From Tubiluchus corallicola (taxonomy: Eukaryota; Animalia; Priapulida), in assembly GCA_030141605.1 (NCBI GenBank), contig JAQGDQ010000160.1, positions 408,904 to 472,903 of the forward strand: a DNA stretch of 64,000 bases. The letters run 5' to 3'. This document shows positions 38,301 to 50,480 of the stretch, piece by piece. How positions within the stretch are numbered: position 1 is the first letter of the stretch; the number at the start of each line of letters is the position of its first letter. A program made the translations under genes and the position numbers. The notes under the pieces were generated by a model. The model saw nothing but the letters and a program-made list of their open reading frames with translations, searched no databases and had not been told where the DNA came from.

Positions 38301-41300
38301 ACACATTGACGATTCCCATTCTCATTCACGTCCACTTCAGTAATACTATTTTACGAAGTTATTGATTTGTGCTGTAGGTGCAAACAATAACACCAGCAGA
38401 AAAGTAATGAAGGACTCTTAAGATATAAACCTGCATCTAATATTGTTGTTAACCTTCACTGGCGACTTTGTAAAATCTTCTAATTTAAATTGTAAAAGTT
38501 CAAGGTAGTTCAAGGTATGAAATAGAACAAAATTCTAAAAGCAAGTGTCTGAAAAACCCTGAAATGACAAAAAACTGTTCTTTTACATGTAAATTTAATT
38601 GACTTTACTGGTGCACACTGCATTAAAAAGCCTTTTGACAACTAGCATAACTGTGCTATAGGAGATAATAAGACCACTAAAAAATTCAAATTAATGCAAA
38701 TAATGACATGCTTTCAAAACAATCCATAGTACACCTTTTCATATACGTACTGATATATTTGTGGCCACTAATCATTCGTAGAAGGTTAATTTCTTTTAAA
38801 GTAGATTCTTCAATTTGACTAGCTTCTGGGGACTGCCCCGAAATATCTATGATCTTCACTGCGTACTCCTTCCCCGTACTCTTTTCTGTACACCTCCGTA
38901 CAGTGCTAGATATACCCCTGAAATTACAAATGCACAATGAATTACAAAATAAAAAAATGATACTGGAATGTCTCTGTAATTAAAAATGCATAATAAATTA
39001 CAAAACACAAAAAATAATCTAATGAATGCACCGTGGAGACAAATGAACCAAAATACACAGTACAAACACAGTGGAGGGGGGCAGATAATTACTGATACAC
39101 ACACACTGTGTTATAGGGGAGTCGTGGGATATTCGGTACAATCAAATGACATATCAAATGCATTAAAAATTGGAATTCAGTTTATATTACAATTGCAATA
39201 CTGGTTATGCAACATTAGGTAAGCAGGGCTTAGTTTAGTTTAGCAAAAATAATGCAGTCAAAGAATTTGTACGTTCCGGAAGTTGTTACCATGTGCTTAG
39301 TTTGTGTGTAGTAGACAGGCGGCCCAAGGTGAAATTTAAATGAGCAAAATAAGTAACGTGCGAACTGCTGATGCAATTTTGCCAGATCTTCTGATCAATA
39401 AAACTTGAGTAGTGAAACAATTTAGCAGCTTGCACGTTAAACTAAATTCTGGCAAATTCTCGCACTTATAAAGGATTATAAATCTTCAAATTACGTCATT
39501 AGAGAAAACGTGAATCCAAATTCTAAACTATACGGCAAAATGAAATACACAAAAATTTAAAACACAGCAACAACTGCAGGTGATAATTATTAAATCTGAC
39601 AAGCACAGTACTACGATCCACTGAAGTAAGATTGCAACTTGATGACGTCAAAGTATACCAAGACAAAATAGAGAACGCACAGGAAGCTGAACAAATAATT
39701 TTGTTTGCGCACCAGTAAAAAGTTAATTAAATTTGCATTAAGTAAACAGTAGCAATCGAATAACTATCACATGCTTACAACTTAAAGAGCAATGCTGAAA
39801 CGTTGCGATTTCATGACACCAACTTGCCACAATCCACTTCTTTTCCTGAACTTACTTGCTACAGCAACAAAGAGATAGTGTAGGTAGTACACGCTGACCC
39901 GATCTACATTTCTTATCAAGAGGTACAACCTATTGAGGACAGGCGGCTATATACGAGTTACATCAAATAAGACAACCAGTGCCAATAACATGTCTGGTCT
40001 TTACCGGCTGACCTATCCACATTTTACTTACATCTTCAGGCACATCACCTTTTTATGAACTCTTCCCCGGTTATACAATATGATTACATAGCACATCCAC
40101 GATGACCTCAATACAATCGAGGGTGAGCTAGTAAATAATCTTTTCTAGCCGTATAAACAAGGCGTATGTAAGACCAGAATATAGAAAACGTGTGTGAAAG
40201 TAAAAAAAAACACATTTAACTAACAGGCGAAATAGCGCATACATTGGGACATGATTAGTATTATTAATATACGTATATCGATGGAATTAAGCAATTTAGA
40301 TACGATAATGGTGCAGCATTTTTTGTACAGCATCTATTTTCGTTTTTATTTGTTTGTTTATGTGCCTGTCCACTATTGTGCAACTTATCTCAAACGGTTA
40401 AAGGCACAAGAATTTAACACTGTTTGGAACACATTTTAAGAACATTTCATCGAACTGATAATCGAAGTCTAACCAAATATGGCGATTTCAAGTTTTTTTT
40501 AAATGGATTGCAACGCATAAGTTTTTCCGCGAACAGAAGTTTAAAGGTTCCCAATGTTCACTGCTATGTTTCTGATGTTGAAAAACTCATGTCAAGCGCA
40601 ACAAGGCGGTTTTGACGTTTAGGCTTTAAAATATGTCTAGACAATCTGTAAAACTAAACATATTTTTGCACCCAAATGAAAAGACCAGTTTTCAAGTGCT
40701 ACCCTATAACACAGTAGTTTGCGTAAGCCAGCCATCATTGAATTAAACCATAAACTAGCTATAATTTCTTGTGACACAGTCAACAAATAACACCTGTCAA
40801 TTGCGCTGTCAGCTGTTCCTGCAACAAGGAAATGCAAGGACATAGCATAGCATCGGAAGAGATACAGTTTTAAGACGCAGCGAAATTATGGCTAACTATA
40901 CTTGCTCAGCCTTTAATGCCCCAGGTACATTTGTTATGGTTGGACAGAAATTACTGGTAACTATGAATCACCTCGAGATTATGTCGTTCAAGATAAAACG
41001 CATTTTTTTAAAAGTTTTGCACTCTATCTCAAGCTAAAAACTTGAAACAACGCACAGCACTAAATTATTTTACATTAGGCAAGTGGCCAAGTGGGCACGA
41101 TTGAAACGGAGCTAAAGTGTAAAACATGATCCACGAACTCTATTGACCGTTCACCAACAGAAGTCAGCTAAGCCGAGCCACAATTTTTATTGAAAAGGCC
41201 CGAAGGTGAAGTCCACGCGCCATTATAGTGAAATATGACTTCGGATTAAAGGGTCAAGGTCAACTTGACTTAAGAGACAATGAAACGTAAGAGATGAAAT

Positions 41301-44300
41301 TGAAATGAAACCCGACCATAGTCAAATGTCAAAGGCCAAAACGACGGCAAACTGAAGAAAGGTAAATAAGAGCCGAGGAAAAGACAATAGTCGCTTCCAA
41401 AATTACACTATGAACAGACGTAAGTTACTAAATACAGCGTCTGACGCATCGAAGATATTAATGCCGTTCGACTGTAATGGCCTGCAAGACAATACCTAAA
41501 GTAACAGACAGGTCTTTGTCAAGTAACCCTGTTCTCAGTTAAAAATAAAAAATGAATTTATTTCTGCCATACCTGCCAATAACTTTCGGATCTATGATGT
41601 AACCGTGCATGTGCCATGTCCGGTCTAGCCGACAGTGATCGTATATCTCAGGTGTTGCGATATGCGTGTGTTCTAAAAGCATTATATTGCGAAAAGCTCT
41701 CTAAATGGAGTTTGATGGTTCCAAAATGATCTTCAGCAAAGTGTTAATACAATCAGTGGCCTGGCTCGCCAAAAAGCTGTGCATAGCTCAACTAGCCGTT
41801 GCAAAAATTTTCAAAGTAGTTTTGTGAACGAGCAGTCCCCATTGTCATGCGCAAAACAACACCTCACGTCATCTCTAGTTCTCCACAATAATTAAAGTAC
41901 ATGTGTCGTTAATTTGCTAGCCATATCAGAAATTTATCAGCGAACTCAGCTTTGTAGGTACCAAACGGTAAACGAGTAAATGCGCTCAGAAAATCTCCTT
42001 TATGAAATCCCTACAGGGTAACGGAAAGTAGATCTTCGGCTATGCACTAGAAGTGATTGAAAAAATAATTGCGCCCAAAAAATTTCGTCTGTAAAATCCC
42101 TGCAGGGCAAGTGAAACGTATTGTAGGTCTTCAGGAATGCACTAGAAGTGATTGATAAACCTAGAGGCGCAATCTCGGTAAATAACGCTGCAGCCTACGC
42201 AAATATCATCGATGCACATGGATTTGTTCGATTTGGTTTATTATCAAGAGGTCACGCGTTGGTCATAGTCCAGCGGTGACCTAGATTTATGGCGTCTACA
42301 TAGTTGAGAGCGAGAAAGTTGCAGTGTCATCATGGCCGACAAAACATCCCAAATAGCAAAATCTGACATAACTAGAAGGAAACTTTTAGAAAAACTATAT
42401 GCGTTATTTGGAAACGTTTTCACTTTTTTAATTTTCAAATGTCGTCAGTACTGTCTGTAATTAATCAAATCACAGAGCAAATGCACGCAAGACGCTGATT
42501 TATAGTTTTCGTTTCCAAAATTGCACTATGAACAGACGTAAGTTACCAAATAACTGGAATTTAGGTAGGCTACGAGTACAGCAATTCACGTAGTACTCAT
42601 AAATACGTCACAAATACGTCACATAGAAATGCGATCCGTACTGAATATCACAAAAGGTATTTAAAATTTCATATGCTCTTCGGAACGGCTTTCATGAACG
42701 TTCTTGGTCTACTTGTTAAAACTGTTCGAATTTTTAACCCATTTATAGTACGAGATACCTTACATAAGGCTGTTTGTTATGCTGCGCCGGCGGCTATTAT
42801 AACTCATCTTGTTAATTATGCGACCGATGTCCATAAAATTCGTTTTTAGTAATCTGCATATAATGCAAATGGGTTATAAACGTTTAACAACAGTTCACAA
42901 TGGTCTACTGTACACAATGTCTGCTTTATCTATTGACGTATTTTCAGGTATTTGTATGTAAGTAAAAAACGTTGTACTTCATGGGGTTTACCTATTTGCT
43001 TACGACCGAAGTATTGATTAAAGTTCAATTCTGTAGCAGCAACGGATAGCGATTGAAAAGCTCTATACCGCTATTTTTGGAGACGGTTGTATAAATCGAT
43101 ACACTACTGCCTGGATCGGCGCACCACCGCCTAATACTCTAACAAAATATGCATGAGCAATTAGTTATGCACCCTACCATGCCCCAAAAGCCTAGCAAAA
43201 AATCCAAATGGAGGAAAAGCGATACTAACTAGGAGGAATATCCGCTGAGACATCCGAGTTTGGCTTTTGTGTGCTTCAAAACATGGACAGAGTGTAGCCT
43301 TCATGCTACACAAGGTCCAAATGTGCGCTAAGTCTGTAAATGCTGCAGCAAGCTAAGGGGCTTACATATGGTCACAAGTAAGTACCAAATTGCCTTGGTG
43401 TGAATGCTGGAGTGGCCGAGGGAACGAATTCGCAATTCACACTATACATGAACATGGTCCAAGTGAGTATCAGTACCAAAATTGGAACACCAAGAATGAG
43501 ATCGGTTTAGGATGATACTTGTGTAATGGAGAATATGCTATAAATGTATCCATTCGTGACGATAATTTGTCATCCACCCCATACTTGGGACACTTAGGAA
43601 TTTCACAAAATTAATAAATGCTGCCAATGTTTGAAGTACAAATAACTAATGATAGTTAGGAAATCACACAAGCAAATCGTAATCCTGAAATGTCATAAAA
43701 CTAATGTAAACATATTCCTCGAAACTCAGAGTAAAAGTTATGCCTTTATAGCTAGTTTACGTTTCGATTACTAGTAATAAATGGAATAGTTAAAACATGG
43801 CGCATAAGTGAATAGCAAAACCATTGCCTCCTTTTAACAGCAATGTAAAAGAGTTAACAAATTAAGGAATTACTTTCATTTATTTACGCCGCATATGAAT
43901 GTGGAAATTTAACACTAAAAGTGAATTCAGGCAATTGTGGTAGGAGATGGCTGAAATCTTGTAAAGTGGCTTCTACGAATCTGCAGAATTTTACTAGGTT
44001 CTAGGCACTGTAAAGACGGCAGCCAGAGGTAAATATTATCAGAATAAACATACCAGTCAAACGATTGATTAGAAACGTAAGCTGCCGACCAGGATTTTGT
44101 TAAATTGAGGAAGTTCGGAAGGTGTTTATCATTAAACGCCTGTCAGTGTAATGAAAGTCTAATAAAACGCATGGAATGATCTAGCATTATCGTGGTGTTA
44201 TATAACGCTTTAAAAGTGCATTGATCAAACTGAAAGCTGTCACAAGCATAGTTTTAAGGTACTACTCAAAGAACTGCCTACGTTACCATAAATTAAGCCA

Positions 44301-46181
44301 ACTGCAATAATTGAAGTACAGCAATGGGTCGCACTGTCTAGTTCATATAATAGCGTAACTTGAAATGTGCGAAATGGTTGCTTTGCATTATAAATAGGAG
44401 AAAAGTGTTTACAGCATTAGTGCTGAAACAGTCCTGCCATCTACTAAATTATTACAGAAGTAACCGAAGTAACTAACACACTTAAATTAAACTTAACTAA
44501 AAGACTTAAATCTCGTATATGCAGGAACTTGGGAGTGCTCAATGGAATTTGGAACAATCGCTTTGTTTGCAAACAGTTACACCTGCCCCATCTGTCCCAT
44601 TCTTTGTTATGTGGGATAGGCTAACAACAACAGTTACAACACTGAGGAGTACAGAATGCTTTTGTGCGTTATTTTAAACCTTTTGGTAGAAAGTGATACT
44701 AGCTCTAGAATGGAATCTGCCTGGCTCGTTAACTGTTTGCGCGTGTTACTACTTCTAGAAAACCGATCCGCAGGGAAAGTTTTATATAGATTGTTTATTA
44801 TGTACAGTTGTGGTGTAGACGCCGTTTACGTTTGTGAAAGCAGGAAGCCCTTGAGTCTAATAATGATCGTGATGACGATAGTGATGATATGAATAAAGGT
44901 GAAGACGACTATAACAATAATATTCTAACAAACAAATTTATTTCTTCTAAATTGTGATAACCTAGTAAATGACAGAGGAACAACTTGCACTGTAGACTAA
45001 TAAATTAATAAATAGCACAATATAATTTTAGTTGATAAAAATAACGACAAATGATGATCTTGTGGTTACAAAAAGTATGCGAAAGTAGACAAAAGCAAAA
45101 AATCAATAGTAAAAAGAGACAAGATAGAAAATACAACTGCTATAAATACATAAGTAAACGCATTGATAAAAAGAAAGAGCAATTAAGGCTATGGTTACAA
45201 CTAAAATGAGAAAGGCAAAAAATAAAGGGGAATAAGTCAATCTAAAAAATAATCAGCAGAGAAAAAAGTGAATTTATTAAAAAAGTATAGGCTTAAAAAC
45301 ACAGATAAAAAGGCAATGGTAAATAAGTGACAAAAGACCAACATAAATAACAAAACTAATACATAAAAAAGGAGAATACTAAAAAGGAGTACTAAATACA
45401 AAATGAACAATGTGCAAGCATAAAAAGTGCAATAACTGTTAGGCATCATGCTATGTAGGAAATTGTAAGCCAACTGTTAGCAGCCAAATTGTCACAAATG
45501 AGAAAGAAATTACAACATACGCAAGATGGTAAGAGCAGCCACGAAATAGCAAATATTACGAAAGTTGGAATTTATCTAATGCAGTTCACTCTGCAAGTCT
45601 GGATCAGCACCTATTTCATTATCAGGGATTTATATAATCCTTTGAGTAGAGGCACAGAATAACAGAGTCTTAGCTGTATTTGGTGTCATATCCACACAAT
45701 CATCAAAAATGTTTTTCTGTAGCCCTTCAAATCTAATTGCTCCTAGCAAAGCGCAAAGAGCACATCGCAAAGCTCTACACAATAATTGTTCTACTTGTTT
45801 TAAAACTGCAGCAAATAAATTTGCAAATCTGAAAACTGCTGACAAACTACTTGCACCGGACACCCGAGGTGGAGACAATGCAGCATGATGCTCTACCTAG
45901 GTCGCCACATACATGATTTGGAATGTCGTGCCATGCAGGACAACAATGTTGCCCAGGAAACGTCAAATGCGAAGAAAATACCGCCCAGCCGCTGCATCCC
46001 AGCTTTGGACCCTCTATTATAGGTTAACTCCCCCAAAGCGTTACAGAAAATAAAGAAGAAAATGTAGACAAAAAAATAGTAAAGATTCATACCGTCCCAG
46101 GATTTCTTTAGGTTCATAACTGCGATAAAAAGCCTTTGCTGCTGTCCGGTCTGGAAGGTCTTCGCTGACATCTTTTGTCAT
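22974..46181 (-). CDS. PHKG: Phosphorylase b kinase gamma catalytic subunit, spliced gene span (397 aa from 12 core exons; 418 aa with optional 54-nt and 9-nt exons)
   Basis: Exons join in consistent phases across GT-AG introns: [123 protein letters not shown]. The N-terminus, PPFWHRKQM and [14 protein letters not shown] are diagnostic of PhK-gamma. Confidence 0.97.
23821..23862 (-). CDS. PHKG: PHKG exon (start of regulatory tail)
   Basis: atttcag|[14 protein letters not shown]|gtgagt; matches the F-x-x-x-R-x-F/W-K/R segment that precedes the calmodulin-binding region. Confidence 0.85.
24712..24720 (-). CDS. Candidate 9-nt microexon of PHKG (EQS)
   Basis: tttttctttcatttcttacatgtccag|GAG CAG TCG|gtgagt; strong acceptor and donor, frame-preserving. 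Confidence 0.55.
25039..25092 (-). CDS. Candidate optional PHKG linker exon (18 aa)
   Basis: cctctccctatatttaacag|[18 protein letters not shown]|gtagag; symmetric phase 0-0, open frame. Confidence 0.6.
26230..27180 (-). mobile_element. Decayed non-LTR retrotransposon 3' fragment with C-terminal zinc knuckle, inside a PHKG intron
   Basis: [51 protein letters not shown] with frameshifts and stops; clade (RTEX-like) is uncertain. Confidence 0.8.
28286..28468 (-). CDS. Candidate alternative terminal exon of PHKG (60 aa)
   Basis: tag|[66 protein letters not shown]. Phase 0 matches the preceding exon, the composition is protein-like, and AATAAA lies at 28084-28089. The polypyrimidine tract is weak. 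Confidence 0.5.
   Translation of the reverse strand, partial: DSAIIDGPFDAAVRRKVSEYETENFYFDSNEQNEKIIEAMKAQSKKAGFTPTNCHNLICV
29418..29498 (-). CDS. PHKG: PHKG exon (end of kinase domain)
   Basis: ttccag|[27 protein letters not shown]|gttagc, phase 0-0. Confidence 0.95.
29910..29969 (-). pseudogene. Degenerate copy of the 5' half of PHKG exon 30241-30361
   Basis: catttgtttctgtaccaacatgggggacaaccaacgaga vs exon catttgttttctgtgccaaaatggaggacaaccaacgaga; frameshifted and lacking the AG acceptor. Confidence 0.8.
30241..30361 (-). CDS. PHKG: PHKG exon (PPFW motif, alphaG)
   Basis: tttcag|(L)[40 protein letters not shown]|gtaagt. Confidence 0.95.
31359..31388 (-). CDS. PHKG: PHKG 30-nt exon (alphaF)
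   Basis: tag|(M)WACGVIMYT(L)|gtgagt; needed to complete the kinase domain. Confidence 0.93.
32841..32931 (-). CDS. PHKG: PHKG exon (activation segment, APE)
   Basis: ttcag|(D)[29 protein letters not shown](M)|gtaagt. Confidence 0.95.
33971..34061 (-). CDS. PHKG: PHKG exon (DFG)
   Basis: tag|[30 protein letters not shown]+G|gtattg. Confidence 0.95.
34686..34758 (-). CDS. PHKG: PHKG exon (alphaE, HRD loop)
   Basis: tttcag|(R)[24 protein letters not shown]|gtaagt. Confidence 0.95.
34727..35060. repeat. ~170-bp tandem duplication spanning a PHKG intron/exon boundary
   Basis: 34727-34896 and 34899-35060 are nearly identical apart from an 8-nt indel and a substitution. Confidence 0.95.
35247..35303. 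repeat. (ta)n microsatellite
   Basis: Directly visible; similar tracts at ~1818-1860, 50298-50344 and 54256-54281. Confidence 0.95.
35552..35617 (-). CDS. PHKG: PHKG exon (hinge, alphaD)
   Basis: ttttgcag|(L)[21 protein letters not shown](R)|gtttgt. Confidence 0.94.
36135..36192 (-). CDS. PHKG: PHKG exon (beta4-beta5)
   Basis: ttttcag|(I)[18 protein letters not shown](L)|gtaagt, phase 1 in, phase 2 out. Confidence 0.93.
38751..38917 (-). CDS. PHKG: PHKG exon: glycine loop, catalytic Lys, alphaC
   Basis: tttcag|[57 protein letters not shown]|gtacgt. Confidence 0.96.
40972..41003 (-). CDS. Weak candidate alternative first exon C of PHKG
   Basis: aaaa[13 protein letters not shown]+AG|gtgatt, phase 2, giving [14 protein letters not shown]. 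Short enough to be chance. Confidence 0.25.
41573..41682 (-). CDS. Candidate alternative first coding exon B of PHKG
   Basis: [36 protein letters not shown]+AG|gtatgg. Phase 2 joins the glycine-loop exon to give Y..KVIGRGISS; an in-frame upstream stop lies at 41701-41703. Confidence 0.6.
46093..46181 (-). CDS. PHKG: PHKG canonical first coding exon
   Basis: [29 protein letters not shown]+CG|gtatga, phase 2; resembles the vertebrate PhK-gamma N-terminus. An upstream acceptor (ttgtttag, exon start ~46222) suggests a further non-coding exon upstream. Confidence 0.93.
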
Positions 46182-49100
46182 TGTAGATTCAGGTTCTCAG
46201 TTCAGTAAGAGAGATTATAATCCTAAACAACAATAAAAATATTATCTATTTATGAATAGTTTGAACACTGGTACACCTAAAAGAATGGACACAACTGGAA
46301 AAAAAGCCGATGGTGAAAGTCATAAACATTTTTATCGAATAGAAAATTTAATTCAAATGTTGTTGTAAAAGGAAAACGAGCAATATTTTTAGGTGATACT
46401 GGAAATTGTTGGATTAGTACTAGGACTGAATTAAAATATCTGTACATTTTGATCAGAAAGGTTGAGGTCTACTGATAAAATCATCATTTTTCTTCCCATT
46501 GGTAATGTTGGTCAATGAAAATCTGACAAAAATGTTGATTGTAGGTGTATTCCCATTACTTTTAGTGGTTTTTACTTTTCCATATGATGATACTAATCAT
46601 TTTCTTCTTTCTATAGTAAATACTAATTTTTTATTACTGTTTTGGCGATACAGCTATATTTTGTGTTGGTTCAAGCATTTAATGCACACAGAAATGCACA
46701 TTTGCCAAATGCAATGATCACACTTCAGAGTGGAATGGTTGTTTTAAGCGAGAATTGCATGGCATTTTTATTATTGTACGTCCTCATTCAATGGTTCACT
46801 GTGTTCCAACCAAACACTATGTTGACTGAAACTGCATTTAATGAAGCAAGTTCTTCTATAAGAAATAAGTCTTGAAGTGTTGCAATGTCTAGGGGCACCA
46901 TTAACACTTAACTGATGTAACTCAAACATTTTATGAGTTTATTGAGCTCATATTTAGTTCTACAGTTATACATTGCTATTTTAATAATCATAAAAATATA
47001 ACAAATAATTTAATTGTAATGCAATGATTACACAATGTGAATAAAAGAATAGGTAATTTTGCTGATTCTTCTTAACAAAGTAGAGTATAGAATTTTGTTA
47101 ATTTTAAATTTGAAACATCAGTTTCCTGTCTAGTTTTTACGTTGAGTGGACTATTTTCTTTTCTGTTTTATGCTTACCACTTATTTCATTGAAATGGTAA
47201 CTGCATGTCTAAGACTGCAGCTTATACACCTTCATAGAGCAGACAAGTACAGTAGCTCACAAAATCTTTATTCATACTTGGACTGAATCATTATTATACA
47301 TCTGTATAGACGATAAGTAAAAACTCAATAAATTGCCGCCTTAATATTCACTGTGATAGACATCAGCCAAACTCATTTAAATGATTAGTTTAAACAAAAC
47401 TTTGCTTAATATATGAATGGTCAAATTGTCCTTGAGAGTGCGGTCATGTTTCAATGAAATCTCTAAAAATATTGTCCACTGCACTTCATTATTAAAAAAT
47501 AAAGATTTTTTTGCTTATACTTTTACATAAAATGTATTCAAAATACAATTTAGTAAACTAAGCACTGTTAAATTTGAGTGCCAATAACATGTGATTTATT
47601 ACAGCAAGTACGTTTTATAATTATTTATTTTGCCTGAGATCCCAATCGCTCAAGCAATTTTCAAAACTGGAAGAAATTAATTAAATGACAAAACGCCGTC
47701 ATTATACACAAATTGCCTATAACACTAATACTAGTAAAGCGCATAAAATAACAAATGAACAACAAAAGAGAAGTCAAAAAGCAAAAATGGGTTTGTAAAA
47801 ATAATAGTTCTGTTACACTTGCGTTATTTCTGGTATTTTGTTTAGCTCAAATAAATGCCAAAACAGCAAAATAAAATTGTTAAAAAATCAACGAACCTAT
47901 TTGTAAGAAAAATTCAAACCGCGGCGATGTTAAGGCAACTTAAGTCTCTCCATTGATCGTTCAGTCACATTCAACAGTCATCATTTAGGATACTTCTTCG
48001 CATTCTACTGATATTATTACAACGACAACCAAAGGGGTTGCTGTTATTACAATTTATTGAATTCAAAGTTCATAAAACTTCCACACAAAAACATCTTTTC
48101 TGTGATAATAAATACATTTATTTCAGAGAAGTCTCGGAATCGTACAGTTTATACGGCAAGACAACTAAAGTTGAAAACCTGACTGCATTGATGCGAGTTT
48201 TGTTTAATGTATTCATGCGTTTCTTTACAATGTTGGTACTTGCATCCATGGGCAGCGGCAACACTACATGGTTATTTTAGTTTATGCATTTGTCAGAAAT
48301 GTTAACATCAACGAATGTATGTTTTTTAGCCCACCATGCACCAGCCATACTACTTTATACTAAAAGTAGAAAATTATTTCTGAAAAATTTGCAGCGCTGT
48401 CAGTGGTATGCAGGTTTCAATAAAGCCGTGGTTCATTAAATTGTTGCAGCACACTTACAATTTCTGCAATTTGTTTATATTTGTACAATGATATAATAGT
48501 TTAACTAGTTGGATTGTAGGCCTGTTGTAATAACCGCTGTTACGAATGCATGATCCAAAACAAGAAAGCTGAATTCATTACTTCAAAATCAGTGATTTTG
48601 GGTAATTAAGGCAGGTATCGAAACTGATGTATGATCTACCCGCGAAATTGACCTAGATATATACTTCTTCTGAAACGTGAAGCCACCAAAGTTTTGTTAA
48701 TTCATTGAAGATGCTTTAAGGGCATTATGTTGTTATCTTTGTGGTTAATGTAGAATCAAAAGTTTTGTTATAAACAGCTAAACTTGAACCAAGACTCTTG
48801 CGCTTTGCAGGTAATGGCATAAAAAACAGGTAATGGCAGGTAATGGCAGTGATTCGTTTTTCTTCGATCGTGCATGTTATAATGTTTTTTTAGTAATGAT
48901 CATTAATTACATTACGGCTGTGATGCCAAAATGTTCATGAACCATTGTGGTTTATTTCACAACAACTATTATATACTGATGTGTGTAACTAGTTGAAGAT
49001 AGGCGACACTGGAAATTTGTGAACCAGTCGGGAGTTAAACCCGGGATCCTGGGATAAGAACTTATTAAGAAAGACGTGCTTAAAATCATTAATTTCGAAC

Positions 49101-50299
49101 ATTGAGCAAATATTTGTTTTAGTAAGCATGACTATATCATATTGACTGAGCAACAAGAGAACGTACACTGTTTCCAGTTTTGGTCTTAATGCAGCTCATA
49201 CATTTCAATGAAGAAACTGGGTACTTGTTGCATATTTTGTGATTCTAAGAAATTCGCTTGCAACGTATAACTACACGTTGGTACCTTGTCAGTGATAATT
49301 TGTTTGTTGAATATGTCATTTTTAATTGTCGTGCTTTCACTGATAGCTTTTCCATTCTCTGCTTGTGACTCTCATCAGCCCGCAATTTAGACTTACTAGG
49401 CTAGTCTGCATAATTATCAGCTCTAAGAACATATCTTTTTTCAGCCTCTCACGTCCATTAGGATGTTTAGGTTTCTTTATTATGTTGTGTTGATCTGATT
49501 TACGGACAATCTTCGTGGGGAAACAGCAGAAAACAGCAGATCACGGCAATGCAGATGCCCTTAGTCGGGTCGGTTGTCATCTGGAGATGACAACGACTTC
49601 GACAGGGAGTAAAATGGTAAAGACATGGACATGGTGTGTGCCACTGACAAGAGTCAGGGAAAGATGCAGTGCTAGCTACAGTCATGCGTTACGTCCGAGA
49701 GAAAGAAACACAACAATTATACAATATACTGTACACGTAAAAAGTTTTTACATTCAAATATGAATTCTGTAACAAGCCTTCGAAATTTATCATGAGCAAC
49801 GCATCTGCTTGCCACTCATTTTTCCTCACACAATCTGTCTCAATTTATTCTTATTAATAGTTTTATTTTTGTCGTTGTTTGTGCTTTATTTCTTTTTTGT
49901 ATAGGCAAGTGGTTAAAATAAAAAATAAAGTGTAATGAATAACTTTTGTTAATTTTTTGCTTGATAGCTAGGCCACTGGAAATGAAGTTGAAGGGAAATT
50001 CAATTTTAATGTTTTTGCGATTCAGACGTATTTAAAGATGTCTGCCCCCATGTTAAATGTTAATGTATTTTGTTCCGTGAAATTTGTTTGCTTTATGGTT
50101 AGTTCATTTCTGTGCGTGAAGAAAAGTTTTGGAGAAATTCTGAGATTTTTATGGACAGCTTACAGTTTATCAAACAGTATCGCCTCTTGTTTAGTCTGTT
50201 CACCCATGTTTGTATACTTGTCATTTCGTACTTCTCCATAGTACCCAATATCTTCTTTCTATTAGCAACACGAACACGATGTATTCTGCAGCCTTTCTA

Positions 50300-50347
<48 letters not shown>

Positions 50348-50480
50348 TCAATATATGTAATACTTCACTCAGTCTGTTATAACTGCCTTAGTGAACTTTG
50401 TTTTGTAGATGAACTAACTTTTTGAATTAAATTGAATTTTTTTAGTTTCATCTATATCACTCTATGGCTATTATATACAT

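Noticed and set aside
39856-40066. Two minus-strand gtaagt donors (39855, 40031) as further PHKG first exons
   Set aside because: The encoded peptides (..SLCCCSK, ..KVMCLKM) do not supply a beta1 strand or the first glycine-loop Gly; could be UTR or chance.
45897-45934. [14 protein letters not shown]|gtagag as another phase-2 first exon
   Set aside because: Weak donor, no kinase subdomain I pattern, and it lies just inside the canonical first intron.
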